Assembly (NCBI GenBank): GCA_036507075.1
Contig: DASXQR010000002.1
Coordinates: 1 to 27,608, forward strand
Direction: 5' to 3'
Length of the DNA: 27,608 nt
Source: Acidobacteriota bacterium
GTDB taxonomy: Bacteria > Acidobacteriota > UBA6911 > JACQSX01
Below the pieces are notes generated by a model, which searched no databases, was not told where the DNA came from, and saw nothing but the letters and a program-made list of their open reading frames with translations. Shown one piece after another: positions 1 through 8,286 of this stretch (the stretch's first letter is position 1; the number at the start of each line of letters is the position of its first letter). A program made the position numbers and the translations under genes.

Positions 1-90
1 GGACGGGGGCTGAAACTTGAAGCATGAAGGCCATCAACTCTTTCTTTAATCTGCGTCGTGTCTTCATGCTTCAAGTTTCAGCCCCCGTCC
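1..90. repeat. Perfect 29-bp inverted repeat with 32-nt spacer at window start
   Basis: 1-29 GGACGGGGGCTGAAACTTGAAGCATGAAG is the exact reverse complement of 62-90. Confidence 0.9.
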
Positions 91-101
91 TTGCCGCTTT
101 T

Positions 102-213
102 CTTAGCGCTCTTGGCGTTCTTGGCGGTGAAGCTTTATGAATAATCCGGGCTTACGCGCGCGGTTCTGACGTCGGCGGAGCTGTCCTTCGTGTCTTCGTG
201 CCTTCGTGGCAAA
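102..213. repeat. Cluster of repeat half-sites: two 8/9-mer right arms and one REP-like unit
   Basis: CTTAGCGCT-CTTGGCGTT-CTTGGCGGTGAA (102-131); GCTTACGCGCGCGGTTCTGAC (150-170, matches the arm at 10169-10203); CTTCGTGT-CTTCGTGC-CTTCGTGGC (186-210). Confidence 0.75.
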
Positions 214-244
214 CCCCCGCATCCTGGGTTAAAATCCACTCACG

Positions 245-3200
245 ATGGATTCTGCCAATAAAGCCAAAACCCTGGCCATTCTGGTCCTGCTTGGGAGCGC
301 CATTCTGCTCTATGCGCCCGGGCTCTCGCTGGCCGGTCAAACCAAGGCGGGGGTAACGCGCGACATAAATTCAGGAATCACTTCGATTCTGGACGTTCGC
401 GGGCGCGTTGGCAAAAAGAGCGAGCGCATGCTTCAACTCCGCGCCGCGACAACTTATTCTCTGATTGTTTCAACCGACATTCCCGCCGCGTTTGGCTCAG
501 AGGGCCTGCTTCGGTTAATGGTGCGCGACCGCTTCCGGCGTCTGGTGGAAAAGACCTTGCACGCTGGAGATGCGGATGCTGCGATCCTGTTTCGACCCGA
601 AACATCCGGTCCGGTGCAGATCGTGCTGAAATCCGAAAACTCGAAATCCGATTTGGCGTACCGGTTAAAGGTGCTGGAATGGAAGGTTTCCTCGCATTCC
701 CGGACTGCAGTGGAATGGGAGCCGAACAATGCCTGGCAGGAGGCCAACCCAATTGAGTTGGGTCAGACCGTCTTTGCCTCTGCTGACGACCAGCCCTATC
801 TTCCGCCGCCAGGTCACAGCTCGAAAGAGCCTGCACAGGAAGGAGAGGACTGGTTCCGATTTGAATTCGACGGCGGTAAGCCGCAGCTCGTTTTCTTTAA
901 CATCGATCTCGAGGATCGCGACAACATCCCCGTAGACGTGTCCGTATTCCAGGTCAAGGAAGGAAAGGCAAGTGCTTTTAAAGAGGGGACGGATCCGGTC
1001 ACCCCTCCGCATGAAGTGCAGGCGCTTGCCGGCAACAAGTTCACGACGCGTGTTCTGGTTGAAAAGGGAACGTATTACGTGCGGGTGGCGGCGAATCATC
1101 CTGCTTATCAGTTGAAAACCGCAGCCTACGATGTGCCCCCGTATGCAGATCCCCGCCAGGCGGTACGAACCGCCCTTGACTATCTGCTCAGCGCGGGAGA
1201 TTCCTGGCATGCCAACACGCCCCGAAAGGGCGGCATCTATGATCGTATAGCGAATGTGCATGCAGAAACTTCCACTTGTGTGGCATGCCATCCCACTCAC
1301 TTCACGCTTCGAGCGCAGCTTTACGCTCTCCAAAACGGATATCCGGTCAAACAACGGCCACAGCTTCAGTTTCTGACCGAGCGTTTTTACAATAACCCGA
1401 GGCCTTTCTATGGTCACCCGAACGCAAGTTGGTCGCGTGTCATCAGTGCTCCGGCCAACGTGCTGAGCCGGATGGCTGCACTGCTCAACATTTATGAGCA
1501 GGAAATCACACATGAATTCCGCGACTCCTTCTTCAGGCGAATCGGCGAGTACCTCAAGCTGTATTACAAGAACAGGACCCAGCTTCCGCCGGACGAAAGC
1601 AACGGAAACACACCGATTGTGAGCGCCTATGAAGTGGCTTGGTACAGTTGGGTGGTGCTTGATGAATTGTATCGGCGCACCGCAGACAGAGAGTACTCTG
1701 CGATGCGCGATCAGGTGGCCGGGTTGATCGAACGGGGGCAGTACAAAAACATGCTCGACCTGTGCTATCAGACACTGGCTTTCTGCAGTATCGATCGGCA
1801 GCGCTATGTAGACCGGATTCGCCAGAACTGCGAGAAGATCCTAAGCCTGCGGCGCTCCAGCGGCCAATGGCCCATGACGTTTGACCAGGGCGCGCCGGAC
1901 GCCGAATTTCAGACCGGCCATTGCCTTTGGACTCTAGCCGTGGCCGGCTACACAATGGGTGACGCGCGTATCGCCGGGTCAGTGACCTTCCTGTTGGGAC
2001 GTCAACAACAATTTGGCGGCTGGTTTGATCCCACCCAGCCGTACGAGAACTTCCGAACCCCTTTTCGTGAATCCCAGATGGCTGTCCTCGCGTTGTCAAC
2101 TTTTTATCCGGAACGGGACAAGGTTCGAGTTTTATCGACTAAAGCTCCGAAAGCAGGACTCCAGTCGTCACGCAAGTCATCGCGCGGCGCCTGGACTGCC
2201 GCCGAGGGACAACCTGATCAACTGCGGTTTGGCTTCATCAACGAATTGCTCGACAATCTCAACAGGATTTGGGATTCCCCGCAGCCGAAACTTTTGACTC
2301 AAATTCGGTCCGCCGCTTCGCATTCGGATCCATTCGTGCGCCAGGCCGCCATTCTGTGTCTGGGCAGGGTCGGCGGGGTGGAATCAATTCCACGGCTGAA
2401 GCAGGCCCTGGGTGACGAGAGTAAGATCGTGCAGCGCGCCGCGGCCTGGTCCCTGCGGCAACTGGCCGCCAGGAAAGGCATAGGAACAGTTGCCATCGGA
2501 GAAGCGCTGGTGTCGCCAGGCGATCGAACGCGCTGGGGCGCAACACGCATTTTTGCCACTCATTTTTCGGGGTTGACTCAAGAGAGGCGGCTCCTTGACG
2601 GACTGCTTTCGGCCTCCCGCGATCCGGCGCCGGCCATCCGCATGCAGGCGCTGAAAGGATTGTGGCAATGGTGGTACTGGACCCCCCGCGAAGCTGATCG
2701 AAGCTTGATCGAAGATTCCTTTATCAACCAACTGGCAATGTCCCAGCACCCTTGGGTTCGAAGGAACCTGCAGGAAGGTCTCTACAACATTGCGGATGAA
2801 AACATTCGCTATCTCTACAACAACTGGATTCCACTGCTGGGAATGAAGGCCGACGGCGAGCAGGCGATCGGCGGGCGTCTGCTGATTGAGCGCCGCCTGG
2901 CTGGGAAAATCGCGGCTGCGCTGAAAACAGGCAATCCGCTGCAGCAAGAAGGCCTTCTGCGGGCCTTGAGTGAATTTCATCTGCGCGATGCCGCCAGCTA
3001 CGATTTGGCTCGCGAGCGAAACCCAGCGGAAAGCCGGACCAGTGCCGGTTCTTACGTAAGAATCGGAAATGACATCGAGACTATTCAGTTTTTCGGTGAT
3101 GCAGCCGAAGTGCTGGCACGCGCGCTGCTCCCCTTTATGGATTCCAATGACGCGAAGGGCCGGCAGCTCGCTGTGAAAGCTGCCTATACACTGCGTGAAG

Positions 3201-4462
3201 TCCGGGTGCCGCGGACTTACGCGAATTCAGGAAGTTCGAACATTCGCGATGTCCTGCGGCTTGCCGGCGATCACGACGAGGCCCGCCAGCAGCTCGCTCG
3301 CGCGGTCTACCGAAGGCTGCTTGACAGCGACCAGTCTGTCCGCGCCGTGGCGCGCGAAACGTACAAGGTTTTTACCCTGGATCCGGAAAGCAACGCGGCT
3401 GAATGGAATTCACTGCTGCGCGATTTATTGATGAGCTCACAGCAGGAGGCGCGCCTTGCCGCGCTGGAAGCAATCAGCGCCGCGGGTAAGATTCCTGAAA
3501 ACCGGCCGGCTCCGGAGCGTTCTTCCGCAAAGGACGATGATGCTGACTTGGCGTCTCTGGTGCGAAAAATGCTGCTCTCACCCGATTCGGACCCAACTCC
3601 GGCGCTTGCAGCACTCCGATCGATTCCCGCCCTGCACAAAGACCCGCAGGTTCTGGCGCGGATGGATCAGGTTCTGGGTTCAGATAACATACGACTGTTT
3701 CGAGCCGCCCTGTCCACGGTTATAAAATCTCCGCAGATGCAGGAATCTCCGATCATCCGCCGCAAACTGGATCGCATTTTCTCCACGCGAGAATCAAAAT
3801 TGCGCAAGACAGTGCTGGATCTGGTGAGCACTGACGCCAGCCTGCTTGCGGATGCGCGCGTCCGCAGTCTGGTCAGTGAAGCGCTATTGGATAAAGACAG
3901 CGCTGTGGCAGTCTCGGCGCTGAATCTGATTCGCCAGGATGGCGGACTTCAGGGCCGCCCGGAAGTCGTCTCAGCGCTCTCCGAGCTCCGCGGTCAGCCC
4001 CGATTGTCGCCCGCGCTTGAAGCCGCGCTGCGAGCCTTCAGCCGTGAGGAATCGGACATTTCTTCCGTGAATTCCGATGCTTCCTCAAAATTGCTTGATT
4101 TTCGTTTCTTTGTTGAAAGGGTCCAGAAAATACTTACCACCCCCGGACGCGATCACAACGCCTGCGCGGATTGTCACAACACGCATGCCATTTTGCGCCT
4201 CAATTCGCCCGGCGATGACGACGAGAACAACGAAGACGAACTGCGCCAGAATTACCGATCTGCTTTAAAAGTGGTGAACTTGCTCGATCCGGAAAAGAGC
4301 CTGCTGCTGCGAAAGCCGACGAGCAACTCGGAAACTGAGGGAACGGTCGGCAGTGCCCAATTATCGCATGGTGGGGGAATTCGCTGGAGCCGGGACTCGG
4401 AAGAATACCGGACCATTCTGGAATGGATTCAGGGCGGCAAGCTGGCGGCCGCCCACAAATAG
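245..4462 (+). CDS. Large exported multidomain protein: PPC-like beta-sandwich region, prenyltransferase/squalene-cyclase-like helical domain, HEAT repeats, two CxxCH heme-c motifs
   Basis: 1405-aa ORF; hydrophobic signal peptide; EWEPNN and EDWFRF motifs; CVACH (nt 1277-1291); QW-like motifs RRSSGQW and RQQQFGGW; HEAT-like repeats (DPFVRQAAILCLG, SKIVQRAAAWSL); C-terminal CADCH...PEKSLLLRKP...HGGG cytochrome-c-like domain. Confidence 0.85.
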   Translation: MDSANKAKTLAILVLLGSAILLYAPGLSLAGQTKAGVTRDINSGITSILDVRGRVGKKSERMLQLRAATTYSLIVSTDIPAAFGSEGLLRLMVRDRFRRLVEKTLHAGDADAAILFRPETSGPVQIVLKSENSKSDLAYRLKVLEWKVSSHSRTAVEWEPNNAWQEANPIELGQTVFASADDQPYLPPPGHSSKEPAQEGEDWFRFEFDGGKPQLVFFNIDLEDRDNIPVDVSVFQVKEGKASAFKEGTDPVTPPHEVQALAGNKFTTRVLVEKGTYYVRVAANHPAYQLKTAAYDVPPYADPRQAVRTALDYLLSAGDSWHANTPRKGGIYDRIANVHAETSTCVACHPTHFTLRAQLYALQNGYPVKQRPQLQFLTERFYNNPRPFYGHPNASWSRVISAPANVLSRMAALLNIYEQEITHEFRDSFFRRIGEYLKLYYKNRTQLPPDESNGNTPIVSAYEVAWYSWVVLDELYRRTADREYSAMRDQVAGLIERGQYKNMLDLCYQTLAFCSIDRQRYVDRIRQNCEKILSLRRSSGQWPMTFDQGAPDAEFQTGHCLWTLAVAGYTMGDARIAGSVTFLLGRQQQFGGWFDPTQPYENFRTPFRESQMAVLALSTFYPERDKVRVLSTKAPKAGLQSSRKSSRGAWTAAEGQPDQLRFGFINELLDNLNRIWDSPQPKLLTQIRSAASHSDPFVRQAAILCLGRVGGVESIPRLKQALGDESKIVQRAAAWSLRQLAARKGIGTVAIGEALVSPGDRTRWGATRIFATHFSGLTQERRLLDGLLSASRDPAPAIRMQALKGLWQWWYWTPREADRSLIEDSFINQLAMSQHPWVRRNLQEGLYNIADENIRYLYNNWIPLLGMKADGEQAIGGRLLIERRLAGKIAAALKTGNPLQQEGLLRALSEFHLRDAASYDLARERNPAESRTSAGSYVRIGNDIETIQFFGDAAEVLARALLPFMDSNDAKGRQLAVKAAYTLREVRVPRTYANSGSSNIRDVLRLAGDHDEARQQLARAVYRRLLDSDQSVRAVARETYKVFTLDPESNAAEWNSLLRDLLMSSQQEARLAALEAISAAGKIPENRPAPERSSAKDDDADLASLVRKMLLSPDSDPTPALAALRSIPALHKDPQVLARMDQVLGSDNIRLFRAALSTVIKSPQMQESPIIRRKLDRIFSTRESKLRKTVLDLVSTDASLLADARVRSLVSEALLDKDSAVAVSALNLIRQDGGLQGRPEVVSALSELRGQPRLSPALEAALRAFSREESDISSVNSDASSKLLDFRFFVERVQKILTTPGRDHNACADCHNTHAILRLNSPGDDDENNEDELRQNYRSALKVVNLLDPEKSLLLRKPTSNSETEGTVGSAQLSHGGGIRWSRDSEEYRTILEWIQGGKLAAAHK

Positions 4463-4505
4463 GAGGGCGTTGTCGAAACAGGCAACGCGGTCCGGGGAAT
4501 TCAAA

Positions 4506-4841
4506 ATGCGAAACTTCCATCATACCGGCGTAATCACGGATGAACCACAGCCCGGCGAGATTTACGTCGAGCAGACAAAAGTCTGGATTACGAATCCGGA
4601 CGCACATCCGTACCGGATTGAGTTCCTGCGGTTCGAGGCTGATACGCCCGTATCCGGACCGGTGCGCCATCGATGTCATACCGCCTATACGGTCGACAAT
4701 CTCGAAAAGGCGATTGCCGGCGAGAAAGTACTACTGGGGCCTTTCGATGCGCTCGATGGATTGCGCGTTGTGTTCATCGAAAAGGACGGCGCCGTAGTCG
4801 AATTCATGGAATTCAGCAAGGGCCGCACGCAGATCCGCTGA
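4506..4841 (+). CDS. Small VOC/glyoxalase-fold-like protein
   Basis: ATG 4506 in frame with ORF 4353-4841; FHHTG, HTAYTVDNLEKAI and VVFIEKDGAVVEFME patterns typical of the VOC fold. Confidence 0.7.
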   Translation: MRNFHHTGVITDEPQPGEIYVEQTKVWITNPDAHPYRIEFLRFEADTPVSGPVRHRCHTAYTVDNLEKAIAGEKVLLGPFDALDGLRVVFIEKDGAVVEFMEFSKGRTQIR

Positions 4842-4891
4842 GATCGTTACTGCGGCGAACTCCGAAGGCTGTACCGGATGTGGAATTCTGT

Positions 4892-4942
4892 CTTGGTGCC
4901 TTGGTGGTTCATTCTTTCCAACCACCAAGGCACCAAGCCAGC
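4892..4942. repeat. Dispersed hairpin element (right arm + left arm junction), copy A
   Basis: CTTGGTGCCTTGGTGGTT (4892-4909), 10-nt loop, AACCACCAAGGCACCAAG (4920-4937): perfect 18-bp stem followed by CCAGC. Confidence 0.9.
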
Positions 4943-4984
4943 CCAAATTCCACAATCTCATTCTGGCAACTGTAACGATCAGAC

Positions 4985-5851
4985 CTACGGCATCTTAAAA
5001 GTCTTGCGGACGTATTCCAGGTTGGCGCGGGTGTCTGCTTTCAGATCGCCGGAAGGGGCCGAAGTTTCCAGCACATACCATCCCCGGTATCCGATCTGGT
5101 AGAACTCCTCCGCCAGCCGGGGCCAGTCAAGGATGTCTGTTTCGCGCATCAGCTTCTGGCCATTCTTGACATGGATCTGGTGGATTCGCTTGCCGAGGCG
5201 CTTCGGTTCACCGTAGGGATCGTGCAGCCGCGATTTTATGTTGCGCGCATCATAATAAATGCCCACATAATCGGACCCGATGGCATCAAGCAATCGAATG
5301 TTATCCTCGGCCGAGATCCAATCTTCCAGCCCGACAACCACTCCAGCCTTCTCGGCGTAGCGGGCCACTTCCTTCATCATGGTGACAAAGGTGTCGACCT
5401 CCTGCTGGTTTTCCATGTGGATGTGGCTGTCCCCGAGGATCGGGAGCAGGATGTTGTTTGTCCCGATGTTTCGCGCCACCTCCACGGCCTCGACGAGCAG
5501 GATGCCCGCGGCTGGATTGGTGTGAAGCGGAAGCCGCGAACGCCCTGGAGAGCCTATGGCCAGCGAACAGATCTGAATCCCGTTCTCCAGGGCAGCCCTC
5601 TTGTAATCAGCCTGGACTCTCGGATCCCGTAGGTGAGGACTTCCATCAGCCGGAAAAGTCAGGCTCACCTGAATTCCGTCAAGCCCAATCTCACGGGCCA
5701 GAGCGACCTTCGTGACGTCGCCTCTCTGGCCGAGGTTCCAGTCTGTCATTCCGACTCTTATCGGCAAAGAATCTGCACCCGCGGCCCGGGCGAGTTCTGA
5801 CATGGCCACGGAAGCGATCGTTGCCTGCTTAACAAAATCCCGTCGTTTCAT
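4985..5851 (-). CDS. Sugar phosphate isomerase/epimerase (xylose isomerase-like TIM barrel) with Tat signal
   Basis: MKRRDFVK twin-arginine motif; metal-ligand pattern GLED, YYD, IHQIHVKN, VLET. Confidence 0.9.
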   Translation of the reverse strand: MKRRDFVKQATIASVAMSELARAAGADSLPIRVGMTDWNLGQRGDVTKVALAREIGLDGIQVSLTFPADGSPHLRDPRVQADYKRAALENGIQICSLAIGSPGRSRLPLHTNPAAGILLVEAVEVARNIGTNNILLPILGDSHIHMENQQEVDTFVTMMKEVARYAEKAGVVVGLEDWISAEDNIRLLDAIGSDYVGIYYDARNIKSRLHDPYGEPKRLGKRIHQIHVKNGQKLMRETDILDWPRLAEEFYQIGYRGWYVLETSAPSGDLKADTRANLEYVRKTFKMP

Positions 5852-5881
5852 GAATTGTCCCTATAGAGCCGCGAAGCGGTG

Positions 5882-5966
5882 CCAAAAAGAGGGACAGTCC
5901 CCTTTTTGGTGTCAAAAGAGGGACAGTCCCCTTTTTTGCATGCAAAATGGGGTCTGTCCCCATTTT
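5882..5966. repeat. Three tandem palindromes of the AAAAAGNGGGACAGTCCCCTTTTT type
   Basis: Units at about 5882-5909, 5913-5938 and 5944-5966 (AAAATGGGGTCTGTCCCCATTTT). Confidence 0.85.
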
Positions 5967-5987
5967 CAGTCCGCGCGTACGACTTTT

Positions 5988-6038
5988 CTTGGTGTCCTGG
6001 TGGTTCATTCCTGTCAACCACCAAGGCACCAAGCCAGC
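5988..6038. repeat. Dispersed hairpin element, copy B
   Basis: 46/51 identical to 4892-4942 in the same orientation. Confidence 0.9.
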
Positions 6039-6096
6039 TCAATTCCAGATTCCATAATTGGACGGCTTCTAAAAGACCTTCCTCAAAAATACAGTT

Positions 6097-6444
6097 GTGC
6101 ATCACAAAATTAATGCGCGCTTTCTGCTGCAGCTGCACCACGACATTGGTTTTTTCCTGCGTCTTAAAACCGGGCAGTTGGACCTTGACGATATACTCGC
6201 CAATCTCGATCAGAGGAAAGGAATAATCACCGGAGTCGTTGGTGGTCGTTTCACGTTTTTCGCCTGTGGCAACTCGTGTGATGGTGATGGTTGCGCCGGG
6301 AAGCACCGCCCCACTGGGATCGCTGACTGTGCCCAGAATCTCCGTCGATGTGGTCTGCGCCTTCAGAGTGGTCATATTGAAAGCGAAGCAAGCGAAAGCG
6401 AAAACCACCAGGGATAAAACGCGCATTCTCGATTGTGATTTCAT
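6097..6444 (-). pseudogene. Truncated TonB-dependent receptor-type gene: signal peptide plus carboxypeptidase-regulatory-like domain only
   Basis: AQTTSTEILGTVSDPSGAVLPGATITIT...GDYSFPLIEIGEYIVKVQLPGFKT...INFVM is a typical CarboxypepD_reg N-terminus; homology stops near 6097 and the frame continues through repeat DNA to a stop at 5848. Confidence 0.7.
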
Positions 6445-6446
6445 AG

Positions 6447-6474
6447 CTTTGTGTCCTCTGTGCCTCTGTGGTGA
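6447..6474. repeat. Right-arm variant of the 8/9-mer family
   Basis: CTTTGTGTC-CTCTGTGC-CTCTGTGGTGA. Confidence 0.75.
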
Positions 6475-6619
6475 CAGGAATTGCATAAACCTCGCACAGC
6501 GATTTCGCGTTGGAATCAATTATCGATAGAGAAAGGTGTGCCAAATGTAGAACGGTGCGAAAAACAGGTCAAGGGGAAAGAAGAACGCCGAGGACATCAA
6601 AAACTCCCAGCCCGCGAGT

Positions 6620-6879
6620 ATGCGCGCGAAGCACAGAGCCACGTCCCGCAAGGGCGTGGTGGGAACCCGGTGAGTCGACTCACGTCAACAGTACCGCGGG
6701 GCGTGAGCCCGCGGCGCGCCTCTTAACCGGCCTGGGGCTCAAGCGCGACACTGGTTGGTCGGAGATGACCTTGATGGGAGCGCCGCGGGCTGACGCACCG
6801 CGGTACTGTAGGAGGCAGAGCCGACTTATGTGGGCCTTGCCACGCCCTTGCGGGACGTGGCTCAGCGCTTCGCGTGCAT
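6620..6879. repeat. Nested REP-like inverted doublets (REPIN-like element)
   Basis: Outer arms 6620-6659 / 6840-6879 (37/40 complementary); inner arms 6688-6717 / 6780-6809 (28/30). Confidence 0.85.
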
Positions 6880-6964
6880 CATCGAGGGCTGGGCGAAGGG
6901 ACTGATTGAAATCCAGGATGCAAGGGAGTATGTTTTTCCCAGGTTTCAAAACCCGGAATCCATT

Positions 6965-8230
6965 ATGTCTAATCGCCGAAACTTTCTTCGATCCATCAGT
7001 GTCACATCCATACTCACTGCCTGGCCGTTTTCCAAAGTGATTTCGGCAGGCAGTCGCGCGTCGACCTCGAATTTCGGGGCGGTGCAGGCGCAAAACCTTT
7101 ATCGCCAGCTCGGAGTTCGTCCCCTGATCAACTGCCGGGGAACTCACACCGTTATCGGCGCCTCCAAGCAGTGGCCCCGACTGCATGAGGCCATGGCGGA
7201 AGCCGCGCGCGATTTCGTGAGCCTTGACGAACTGCAGGATAAAGTGGGGGAGCGGCTGGCCCGCTTGATCGGCTCCGAGGACGCCATGGTGACGACCGGC
7301 GCGGCCGGCGCCATCACGCTGGGTACCTGCGCCAGCCTGACAGGAGCGGATACGGAGAAAATACAGAGGCTTCCGAACCTCAGCGGGATGAAAAGCGAAG
7401 TGATCATCCAGAAGGTGCATCGCAACGGCTACGACCACGCAGTTCGGAACGCAGGCGTGAAAATTGTCGAAGTGGAAAATAAAGAGCAACTGATCAACGC
7501 CGCCGGAGAGCGGACGGCGATGATGTACTTTCTTGGAGGAACGACGGGCGACTGGGCCTGGGAAACGCCGGTTTCGCTGGAAGAGTGCATCAGCATCGGA
7601 AGGAAAGCCGGATTTCCGGTAATGGTAGATGCGGCCAACATGCTGCCACCCTGGGACAATATGCGGAAACTGGCCGCGCAGGGCACGGATTTGATTTGCA
7701 TCAGCGGTGGAAAACATATGCGCGGCCCGCAATGTTCCGGGATCCTGGCTGGACGAAAAGACCTGGTTCGCGCGGCACGACTCAATTCCAATCCCCATTC
7801 CGATTCGATGGGACGCCCGCTGAAAGTGGGTCGCGAAGAGATTATCGGCGTGTGGCTGGCGGCGGAAAAGTACGCTCGTCTCGACTTTGCGGCCCTGGAA
7901 CGCGAGATGTTCGCACAGGCAGAGTATCTGCACGGCGAGTTAAAGAAAATATCTGGTCTGGATGTCAGTTTTGCTCCACACGATCGGACTCGCCGTGTTC
8001 CGCGGGTAATCGCCCGTTGGGACGAGAAAGCAGCGGGCTTGACCACGGCGGAATGCGAGCAGCAATTACTCGAAGGAGAGCCTCGCATTGCCGTGCTGCG
8101 TTACGAGCCTCAGGGTCTGCTCTTCACCCTGTTTATGAGCGAACCGGGCGACGAACGACTGGTGGCGCGGCGCATGCGGGCGATCTTCGCAAACCGCATT
8201 GCAACCACCAGGGCACAAAGACGCCAATGA
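6965..8230 (+). CDS. SelA-like/DgaE-like PLP-dependent enzyme with Tat signal
   Basis: MSNRRNFLR twin-arginine; LGVRPLINCRGTHTVIG, VTTGAAGAI, VDAA, SGGK(PLP-Lys)HMRGPQCSG, GRPLKVGREEI. Confidence 0.85.
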   Translation: MSNRRNFLRSISVTSILTAWPFSKVISAGSRASTSNFGAVQAQNLYRQLGVRPLINCRGTHTVIGASKQWPRLHEAMAEAARDFVSLDELQDKVGERLARLIGSEDAMVTTGAAGAITLGTCASLTGADTEKIQRLPNLSGMKSEVIIQKVHRNGYDHAVRNAGVKIVEVENKEQLINAAGERTAMMYFLGGTTGDWAWETPVSLEECISIGRKAGFPVMVDAANMLPPWDNMRKLAAQGTDLICISGGKHMRGPQCSGILAGRKDLVRAARLNSNPHSDSMGRPLKVGREEIIGVWLAAEKYARLDFAALEREMFAQAEYLHGELKKISGLDVSFAPHDRTRRVPRVIARWDEKAAGLTTAECEQQLLEGEPRIAVLRYEPQGLLFTLFMSEPGDERLVARRMRAIFANRIATTRAQRRQ

Positions 8231-8286
8231 AAATCAGGCCTCTGAGATTTGCGACGATGGCTTTGTGCCTTTATGTCTTTGTGGTT
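8203..8286. repeat. Degenerate left arm/right arm element embedded across a gene junction
   Basis: AACCACCAGGGCACAAAGACGCCAA (8203-8227) and CTTTGTGCCTTTATGTCTTTGTGGTT (8261-8286). Confidence 0.7.

Noticed and set aside
1190..2110. Functional squalene-hopene cyclase activity in the 1405-aa protein
   Set aside because: Only QW-like motifs are seen and no DxDD catalytic motif; this is fold-level resemblance only
4892..6038. Integron attC sites
   Set aside because: No RYYYAAC...GTTRRRY core arrangement or extrahelical-base pattern, and no integrase in the window
6680..7933. Long antisense ORFs (also 665-1513, 14428-15357, 17429-18598, 21922-22737, 26383-27594)
   Set aside because: Shadow frames of well-supported genes in GC-rich DNA, with no recognisable motifs
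7585..8226. N-terminal 214-aa extension of the CocE ORF
   Set aside because: Overlaps the SelA-like gene in another frame; the ATGA-coupled start at 8227 is more plausible
6965..8230. Calling the gene selA
   Set aside because: Tat signal present and no selB/selC/selD nearby; only family-level similarity is supported
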